Of a stretch of DNA of 15,590 bases, positions 1 through 6,332 are shown in pieces. Location: positions 1 to 15,590 of the forward strand of contig JAWXCN010000115.1 in NCBI GenBank assembly GCA_034408725.1, read 5' to 3'. Under the pieces are notes generated by a model that saw only the letters and a list, made by a program, of their open reading frames with translations, ran no database searches and was not told the origin of the DNA. Origin of the DNA: Candidatus Hydrogenedentota bacterium (lineage in GTDB: Bacteria; Hydrogenedentota; Hydrogenedentia; Hydrogenedentales; SLHB01). The translations under genes were made by a program, and so were the position numbers. How positions within the stretch are numbered: position 1 is the first letter of the stretch; each line of letters opens with the position of its first letter.

Positions 1-1
1 A

Positions 2-175
2 GCTGCGGGCGTAACCCGGCACAGCTACACCGCCCCCGGCGAAGGCCACGGCATTCTCGAGTTCGACATCTTCTACGACATGGAAGTCAACGGAGTCCGT
101 TTAGTGGACTGGCTCAAAGCATTGATCAACAACGAGCCTCTTGAGGACGTGCATTGCACCAACTGCGAGGCGTGA
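2..175 (+). CDS. 3' end of a partial gene, probably a pectin acetylesterase (Notum-like) family hydrolase
   Basis: Frame 2 is open from the window edge to TGA at 173-175 and reads AAGVTRHSYTAPGEGHGILEFDIFYDMEVNGVRLVDWLKALINNEPLEDVHCTNCEA*. The Y-x-APG-x-x-H, FY-x-x-x-V-x-GV-x-L-x-DW and terminal VHC-x-x-C pattern matches my recollection of bacterial pectinacetylesterase-family C-termini. Not in the ORF track. Confidence 0.65.
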   Translation, partial: AAGVTRHSYTAPGEGHGILEFDIFYDMEVNGVRLVDWLKALINNEPLEDVHCTNCEA

Positions 176-248
176 CTCGGCGAATCGATTTATTTTTCCG
201 CTATTTTTCGCAAGTGTCCGGCGAAGGACATCTTCCCATTTCGTGTCG

Positions 249-425
249 GGGATAGATAATGTCGGAAGGCCGCTTCCCGCCGGTGTAGCGCAGTGCTACG
301 CGCTCATTCATGACTGGCGCATACGACTTATTGGAGTCTCTAAGCCGCATTCAGCCTGCGCGCCGTAGCCCATGCGGGGCAAAGAGACGCTCAAGTTTCG
401 TTCGGGTCCCTAAAGGTTCTATCCC
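249..425. other. Self-complementary intergenic element (candidate ncRNA or REP/MITE-like element)
   Basis: Terminal 8-bp inverted repeat GGGATAGA (249-256) / TCTATCCC (418-425) encloses the hairpins GGAAG/CTTCC and GTAGC/GCTAC plus a long nested arm (GTCTCT/AGAGAC, CCGCAT/ATGCGG, CTGCG/CGTAG). Confidence 0.4.
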
Positions 426-1297
426 TACCACGCCACCTTCGCAGGAAAAAACTCCGTAATCAATTCTTCGTAATACGGACGCAGTGCATCCACATCTGGA
501 GGAACCGGACTCTTTGAATACAGGTCGTAGGGATTGAATGCGCGGACCCATTTGAACATTTCGCGGTCGTGATTGTTCATGAGGTGCTGGTACGCGCCTT
601 CGCGGTGTGCGGCGTAGAACGAGTGATAGCGAATCATGTACAGGGCGGATTCCGGCAGATAATCCTTCGCCACCTGGTACATGTACTCGTCGTGTCCCCA
701 CGATAACGCGACCTTGTCCAGACCACAGCCGGGTTCGTATACGCCGTTTTCCGTGCTGTACACGGGATGATCCCCGTCGGGATTCTCCGAAAAGAAATCG
801 GGGAACACGACCTTGTCCGAGAACTTGCAGCCGACCGGGAACGTATCGCCGACGACGGCCCATTGGGGTTCGCCATAAAGGCACAGAATTTTTCCGAGAT
901 CGTGGATCAAGCCAGTCAACACAAACCACCTCGGATGCCCATCCGCACGGATCGCCTCGGAAGTTTGCAGCAGATGTTGAATCTGAGAGAGGTCGGTGTC
1001 GGGATCGCTGTCGTCGACCAGGGTGTTCAAGAATTCCATCGCTTCCCAGATGCTCATTTGTTTGCGGGTGCGGCCGCCGTATTCGCGCTGTTTTTCGCTA
1101 ACAAAGCCGTAGGTCTGGAACTGATGGTTGATGCGGTAAAATTCGCGCACGCTCGGGCGCGTGGACTTTTCGTAGTTGCGGAATTCGGCCGTGTCTTTAT
1201 GGGGGGCGAAGGACTTATCCGGCTCCGGGTAGCGGGCATGGACGTCGTCTTCCCATTCATCCAGTGATTGTAAAGGACCCTGCTGCTGTGCCTGCAT
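425..1297 (-). CDS. Myo-inositol oxygenase (MIOX, HD-fold diiron enzyme)
   Basis: Motifs [56 protein letters not shown] and FNPYDLYSK are all typical of MIOX. GGAG RBS 8 nt upstream of the ATG. Confidence 0.95.
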   Translation of the reverse strand: MQAQQQGPLQSLDEWEDDVHARYPEPDKSFAPHKDTAEFRNYEKSTRPSVREFYRINHQFQTYGFVSEKQREYGGRTRKQMSIWEAMEFLNTLVDDSDPDTDLSQIQHLLQTSEAIRADGHPRWFVLTGLIHDLGKILCLYGEPQWAVVGDTFPVGCKFSDKVVFPDFFSENPDGDHPVYSTENGVYEPGCGLDKVALSWGHDEYMYQVAKDYLPESALYMIRYHSFYAAHREGAYQHLMNNHDREMFKWVRAFNPYDLYSKSPVPPDVDALRPYYEELITEFFPAKVAW

Positions 1298-1355
1298 GGC
1301 GGTTGCTCCATGTGGTAGGTTCGGGTTAAGTGTACCCCAGAGGGCGGATTTGCGG

Positions 1356-2210
1356 CTAGTGTTCAGTTTGGCCGGGTTTGGTGGCTGAAAATAGCGCGTA
1401 TCGCAGACTGCCGGTGTTGTAGGCGAAGGCCATGCGGAGGACGGTCAGGCCAAAGACGCGGTTGGGGCTTTTGAACATGAACGACCAGGCCTCCTTGTCC
1501 CACGCCAGCCGCTTGACCATCCTGCCAATGATAATGGGCCAGGTCTTTTTGACGTTGCGGGTAATGTCTTCTACTTGCAGATCGGCAAAACCCGCATCGG
1601 TAAACCAACGCCGGTAGTCGTGTTCATCGCCCAGGCTGGGAAGGCGTCCCTCGCGGCAGATCGGCTCAAGAAGATATTTGATTTCCCAAGGTCGAGGCGA
1701 AGGGTTTGCGAGCCATGCACAAACCACGAATCGACCGCCCGGCTTCAAAACGCGGATTACTTCCGCGAAAAACCGCGGCTTGTCTTCCATGTGCTCGGAA
1801 CTTTCGATGGACAGGGCGACGTCCACGGAGGCGTCAGGCAAATTGTTATTGAACCAGTCTTGCAGCCTGATGTCCGGATTGGATGAACCGTCTGCCTGCG
1901 CGTCGGCATACTCTTTCTGTGACTTCGACAGGGTATAGCCGATGACTTTTGCGCCGTAGCCTTTCGCGAAAAGCCGTGCGGCGCCGCCGTAGCCGCACCC
2001 AATGTCTATAACGTGAGCGCCGGCGCGAATCTCCGCGTCTTGCGCCACGCGTTGCGCGAGCTGCACAACGGCCAAGTCTGCGCTCTCCGCGCCCGTCTCC
2101 CAGAATCCGTGGTGAACGTGCTCGCCCCAGATTTCGAGATACCAGCGGCTGAGATCGTCGTAGTGCTCGGCGACATCGAAGTGGTATTTGTTTGTGCGGG
2201 GCAGAATCAC
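1356..2210 (-). CDS. Class I SAM-dependent methyltransferase (gamma-tocopherol/sterol methyltransferase-like)
   Basis: [15 protein letters not shown]-terminal motif, SAM motif [22 protein letters not shown] and [12 protein letters not shown] start. Confidence 0.88.
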   Translation of the reverse strand: MILPRTNKYHFDVAEHYDDLSRWYLEIWGEHVHHGFWETGAESADLAVVQLAQRVAQDAEIRAGAHVIDIGCGYGGAARLFAKGYGAKVIGYTLSKSQKEYADAQADGSSNPDIRLQDWFNNNLPDASVDVALSIESSEHMEDKPRFFAEVIRVLKPGGRFVVCAWLANPSPRPWEIKYLLEPICREGRLPSLGDEHDYRRWFTDAGFADLQVEDITRNVKKTWPIIIGRMVKRLAWDKEAWSFMFKSPNRVFGLTVLRMAFAYNTGSLRYALFSATKPGQTEH

Positions 2211-2229
2211 TGAGCGCAGGATTGATTAT

Positions 2230-2433
2230 TTAGCGAACACGTGATTTCGACATGGGGCGTTTTTGTTCGGACAAACTCTTCCACAAATCCGAAAATGGGC
2301 CTTGCGCAACACGTCTATCGTAGTACGCGATTATCTGCGCGGGCGTCATCCCCTTTATGTCACGTGCGGCGCGCATCTGTGCGCGATCTTTGAACGCCAG
2401 GCAATCAAAATTTTCTTTAGTTTTCATCGTCAT
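2230..2433 (-). CDS. Small basic protein, putative antitoxin or partner of the upstream PIN protein
   Basis: 67 aa (alternative start 2427), overlaps the PIN gene stop. The FDCLAFKDRAQ...IKGMTPAQIIAYY pattern resembles small proteins often found directly after this PIN subfamily. Confidence 0.65.
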   Translation of the reverse strand: MTMKTKENFDCLAFKDRAQMRAARDIKGMTPAQIIAYYDRRVAQGPFSDLWKSLSEQKRPMSKSRVR

Positions 2434-2911
2434 ACTCTTGCACCTGCTTGGGTGAAACTATTATAAGCTGTGGGTAGCCAAGTTTCATATTCACTTCATT
2501 GAATGCTTTGATTTTATCAATCCTGACAATGTGTCTGAAATTCCAGGACACAATAGCATCGGCGCGAGCAACAGTTGCGGCAGCGACATGCAGGGCGTCT
2601 ATCGCCCACCGGGCGCCTAGCACTCCATCGCGTAAATACTCACGTTGTAAGGAGATACATTCCTTGGTCAGCGCATGAAACTCGATTGAGGACTTCGGTA
2701 AGGAATTCACCAATTCAAGAACGTGCGGTGGACCGTCGGCTATTTCATCAAGAACCGGCTGACTGGTGACGATCGTAATTTCGCTGTTCCGTGCCATGCG
2801 AATTACCCGAAGAGAATCCAGTTCGAATCCTTTATCAAAACACCCGCCGAAAACTGAGGTATCGCAATATACGCGCAGTATTTCATGAGTTTCTCTGGAA
2901 CGGAGAACCAT
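2417..2911 (-). CDS. PIN-domain (VapC-like) nuclease/toxin
   Basis: RVYCDTSVFGG, V-x-x-E, DALHVAAA and IVSWNFRHIV PIN motifs. The ATG at 2911 follows an AAGGA RBS and lies 4 nt after the upstream stop, so it is preferred over the ORF-track start at 2950. Confidence 0.88.
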   Translation of the reverse strand: MVLRSRETHEILRVYCDTSVFGGCFDKGFELDSLRVIRMARNSEITIVTSQPVLDEIADGPPHVLELVNSLPKSSIEFHALTKECISLQREYLRDGVLGARWAIDALHVAAATVARADAIVSWNFRHIVRIDKIKAFNEVNMKLGYPQLIIVSPKQVQEYDDEN

Positions 2912-2915
2912 CGTC

Positions 2916-4229
2916 TTATCCTTTAATACCCAATTCCGAGGCCAGATCAAGCACGGTAAACCGATTGCGAATATACCGCGCTCGGGTCAGCGCCTTTTCA
3001 TAGACCTCAATCGGCGCGTTCATATCTTCTGGATTGGTTGGCCCGCCGGCTGCCTGAATCGCGCGCTCGACCCCATGCGAAGGCAACAGATCGCGTTGAA
3101 CGGCTTCACGTATGGCTGCCGCATTGTCGCGAAACTTTTGAATCTCCGCGCGCATCGTATCGCGCGGACGCGATTTCTGTTTCCATTGCGCGAACACTTC
3201 CGCGCCGATGGTTTCGCCCCAGTCTTCGAGCACCCATTGTTCGACCTGCGCATCGGCCGGCTGTTGCGCGACGAGCGCATCGGCATCAATGGCCGCCGGT
3301 TCCAACGCCAACACGCGCTCCCACAGGCGCAGACAATGCACCGTGGCTACGCCGACCTGGACGCCGTGCAGATCATTCGGCGTGCCGTACAGCGCCTGTT
3401 TCATGTCGATAAAATGGGAAATGAGGTGTTCGCCGCCGGAGGCGGGCGCGGACGAACCCGCAACGAGCATGGACAGGCCGGACAAGAGCAACGCCTCGAA
3501 TGCAATCGCGATGGCATGCGCATCGCCTTCCCCTACCTGCGGCGCGGTATCCAGCACGCGCTCCAACGCGCCCTCGTAGAATCGCAAAGCTTGTTCGTCG
3601 TAATACTCATCGCGCAGGAAATGGGCGACACGCCAGTCCGCGCCGGCGGAACATTTTGACAGGTAGTCCGCAACTCCCGCAGCGGCCATGCGCGGCGGCG
3701 CGGACGCGACGACTGCGGGGTCCGCAAACACACCCAGCGCGGGCGTGCAGGGCACTGTACGCTTGAGTCCCCGCACCTTTATGGCCGTGATACCGGAGGT
3801 ATAGCCATTCATTGATGCCGCTGTGGCAAACAGCAACACCGGACGGGAAAGTTTTGTGCCCGCGTGTTTTGCGAGATCGCATAGGGTCCCGGAACCGATG
3901 GCGACAAAGAAGTCCGCATCCGCCCCGCGCTGGGCAACATTGTCGCCCAGCGTTTCCGCCGCATCCAGGTGAGGCTCGTCGAATACATGCTCGACAACTT
4001 TTTTACCCGCGTCCCGTAGCGCGCGAATCGCGGAATCGCCCACGGGCCGTGTATGCGTGTCGGAAATCACCAGACACGTTGCCCCGCAACGAGCTTTCGC
4101 AAACGTCCCGAGTTGCGCGGCGGCGTCTTTTCCTATATGACACCGTTCGACGGCAAGGCCCGGCGTTTTTTCGTACGCGCGTTCCAACAAGTCTCCAACG
4201 GGATACTGCACAGTTTGGTCTCCATCCAT
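2916..4229 (-). CDS. sn-glycerol-1-phosphate dehydrogenase family protein (AraM/EgsA-like)
   Basis: GSGTLCDLAK (NAD binding), TAASMNGYTS, AGVADYLSK, PASGGEHLISH, LHGVQVG and C-terminal ARYIRNRFTVLDL. Start is the ATG at 4229 (TGATG overlap) or the GTG at 4211 (GGAG RBS). The track's extension to 4412 overlaps the ABC gene. Confidence 0.88.
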   Translation of the reverse strand: MDGDQTVQYPVGDLLERAYEKTPGLAVERCHIGKDAAAQLGTFAKARCGATCLVISDTHTRPVGDSAIRALRDAGKKVVEHVFDEPHLDAAETLGDNVAQRGADADFFVAIGSGTLCDLAKHAGTKLSRPVLLFATAASMNGYTSGITAIKVRGLKRTVPCTPALGVFADPAVVASAPPRMAAAGVADYLSKCSAGADWRVAHFLRDEYYDEQALRFYEGALERVLDTAPQVGEGDAHAIAIAFEALLLSGLSMLVAGSSAPASGGEHLISHFIDMKQALYGTPNDLHGVQVGVATVHCLRLWERVLALEPAAIDADALVAQQPADAQVEQWVLEDWGETIGAEVFAQWKQKSRPRDTMRAEIQKFRDNAAAIREAVQRDLLPSHGVERAIQAAGGPTNPEDMNAPIEVYEKALTRARYIRNRFTVLDLASELGIKG

Positions 4230-5173
4230 CACGACGTTGGTTGTCCATCGGCGATTGCTTCGAGAAAAATGTCTTCGAGCCGATGGCGGACGGGCACCAC
4301 GTCGCGGAGCTGAAATCCTTGCGCCCGCGCTATCCGAAACAGGTCGGCGGGCGCCATTCCGGCGGCAAGCGTGACCTGTACTTTGCCGTCGCTGCCGATT
4401 TCGGCGGCGCAACCCGCCCCGCGCAGGTGTTCTTCAAACGCGGCGGCTCCTTCGCGCACGCGGACGGCATAGCGATCATTTCGCAATTTGGTGAATTCGG
4501 CGACGGTCCCCTCGCGAACAACGCGCCCCTGGTCCATGAGCACAACGCGCTCACAGACATGTTCGACATCCGGTAACAGATGCGATGACAACAGCACCGC
4601 GACGCCGCGCTGCCGCGCAACGTTCAGGATGAGATCGAGCATGGCAATGCGCCCGACGGGATCGAGACCGTTGGTGGGTTCGTCAAGAAACAGCACGCGC
4701 GGATCGTGGACCAATGCCTGCGCGAGTTTGGCCCGCTGCCGCATACCGGTCGAGTATGTGCCCATCACCCGGTACCGTTCTTCGCCGAACCCGACGTAGT
4801 TCAGCACCTCGTGCGCGCGTTGCAACGCGTCGCGGTAGGGCATTCCCGCGAGCGTGCCGCAATATGACACAAACGACACGGCGCTGAGCTTTGGCGAAGT
4901 CACGTCGCGCTCCGGCATATACCCCACGCGCCGCCGAATTTCCCTGCCGCCGTGCCGCGGTTCCGCGCCCAGAACACGCGCCGTGCCCGCAACGGGCGCG
5001 CAGAATCCCAAAAGCGTTTTCAACAACGTGCTCTTGCCGGCGCCATTGGGGCCGAGAAGACCGGCGATGCCTTCGCCAATATGAAGGCTCACGTCATTCA
5101 GCGCAACGCGCGCGCCATACCGCACAGTCACGTGGTCCAGCTCGACTATCGCGTTGCCCGGCGCAGTATTCAT
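4229..5173 (-). CDS. ABC transporter ATP-binding protein (ABC-2 exporter-type)
   Basis: Walker A GPNGAGKST, GYMPE, signature variant YSTGMRQR, Walker B LFLDEPTNGLDP, H-loop SSHLL and C-terminal LEDIF. The ATG at 5173 overlaps the prsW-like stop (ATGA). Confidence 0.93.
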   Translation of the reverse strand: MNTAPGNAIVELDHVTVRYGARVALNDVSLHIGEGIAGLLGPNGAGKSTLLKTLLGFCAPVAGTARVLGAEPRHGGREIRRRVGYMPERDVTSPKLSAVSFVSYCGTLAGMPYRDALQRAHEVLNYVGFGEERYRVMGTYSTGMRQRAKLAQALVHDPRVLFLDEPTNGLDPVGRIAMLDLILNVARQRGVAVLLSSHLLPDVEHVCERVVLMDQGRVVREGTVAEFTKLRNDRYAVRVREGAAAFEEHLRGAGCAAEIGSDGKVQVTLAAGMAPADLFRIARAQGFQLRDVVPVRHRLEDIFLEAIADGQPTS

Positions 5174-6195
5174 GTAATCGGCGCCTGAGCCGAGGCGGCC
5201 CGATTCAAGCGCCGCACGCCATTCGTAAACAGGGTGAGACCGGACACCAGCGGTACAACGCCGGCAACCACCACAGCCGCAATCATGAACGCAAGTGTTC
5301 TTGGGGCCGCGTCCGCGAGTAGTAGAATCCGGATACCCCCGGCAGTGATCACGCCACCGGCAACCGCAAGCAATGCGCCCCACCACAGTGTCGCTGTCCC
5401 AATTGCGCGCTCCGGCGAACGGAGCATCGAGACCGCTTGTTCTGGAATGGGCGGAGGAACCCGCAATTCCCGTTGCGCACGGCGCGCCGCCTTCGCAAGA
5501 CGGTGCGCCCAGCGAATCGATATGGCGAGCACGAGAAACGCGCCCGTGACCAACAACCCGCTGAAGCTTTCATCTTCAGCGGCTAGTTCTCCGGTTTGAG
5601 CGACCAGCGATTGCAGCGTGAGCAATGGCGCGTCATAGAGGCCATGCACGAGCACTGCAAAGAAAAAACCTTTCGCAATCAGCCGGGTGCGGTTCTTTGC
5701 GTCAAACCGCGCAAGGCCGATGTAGTGGCCCATGATGACGCCCATGCAGGCGTGCGCGGGCACGGCTGTGAACGCTCGGGCAACGGCGATGCCAACGCCC
5801 CCGGATACCGAATACATGGCGTTTTCGAACGCTGCGAATCCCTGGCCAACCACCGCGCCGTACACGATGCCGTCCATAGGTTCATCGAACGCGCGCCGTC
5901 GCATGCTGTACCCCGCAAGCACGGCGAGCTTGAAAAATTCTTCCGGGATTGCGGCAAACAGGAACGCCAAGGCTGTACCACGAACGACGGGATGTTCCGG
6001 CATGGGGAAAATTGCCAGCATGGGCAGCGTGATCAACAAAATCGGCACAACCGTCAATGCGCCCAGAATAAAGGTTGTCCAAATCTGCCGCGATGGTTCG
6101 GGATAGATGTCGCGCAATTGAAAATACCGGACCAATAGCAGCGAGGGAACCAGCGCCAACGCGATTGTAATGTAAACAGGCATTCCCACCCTCAT
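5170..6195 (-). CDS. prsW: PrsW-family glutamic-type intramembrane protease with C-terminal membrane extension
   Basis: D-x-x-PEP, AAIPEEFFK, FDEPMDGIVYG, GFAAFEN, RAFTAVPAH and HGLYD motifs with multiple hydrophobic helices. Start at 6195 or 6183. Confidence 0.88.
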   Translation of the reverse strand: MRVGMPVYITIALALVPSLLLVRYFQLRDIYPEPSRQIWTTFILGALTVVPILLITLPMLAIFPMPEHPVVRGTALAFLFAAIPEEFFKLAVLAGYSMRRRAFDEPMDGIVYGAVVGQGFAAFENAMYSVSGGVGIAVARAFTAVPAHACMGVIMGHYIGLARFDAKNRTRLIAKGFFFAVLVHGLYDAPLLTLQSLVAQTGELAAEDESFSGLLVTGAFLVLAISIRWAHRLAKAARRAQRELRVPPPIPEQAVSMLRSPERAIGTATLWWGALLAVAGGVITAGGIRILLLADAAPRTLAFMIAAVVVAGVVPLVSGLTLFTNGVRRLNRAASAQAPIT

Positions 6196-6274
6196 ACCCT
6201 GGCGACCCCGCCAGCCGTGCGTGCAGGGGAGCCTAACAGGACGCATTCCAGACCCGCAAACGAATTTCCGGCGC

Positions 6275-6302
6275 TTGTGGAACCCGCGCGTGCATGTATA
6301 CT
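6275..6302 (+). promoter_or_regulatory. Candidate sigma70 promoter for the molybdopterin oxidoreductase
   Basis: TTGTGG (6275-6280), 16-nt spacer, TATACT (6297-6302), 30 nt upstream of the ATG at 6333, in a divergent intergenic region. Confidence 0.4.
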
Positions 6303-6332
6303 GGAGCATCATCTAACGTGAGGCGCCCGCTT

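Noticed and set aside
191..211. TATTTTTCCGC / TATTTTTCGC near-tandem repeat as a terminator or operator
   Set aside because: Only two imperfect low-complexity copies, and the T tracts are not preceded by a convincing hairpin.
141..368. 75-aa plus-strand ORF
   Set aside because: It overlaps the end of the real frame-2 gene, runs through the structured intergenic region, has a TTG start and has no protein-like features.
249..425. Confident 6S RNA call for the intergenic element
   Set aside because: The length fits, but the pairing is branched and asymmetric rather than a single rod with a central bubble. Kept only as an unclassified structured element.
4230..4412. N-terminal extensions in the ORF track (also 5174-5386, 6196-6312, 12194-12358, 13279-13467, 14067-14189)
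   Set aside because: They overlap neighbouring genes, promoter regions or the tRNA, and downstream starts have an RBS or stop-start coupling and match family N-termini.
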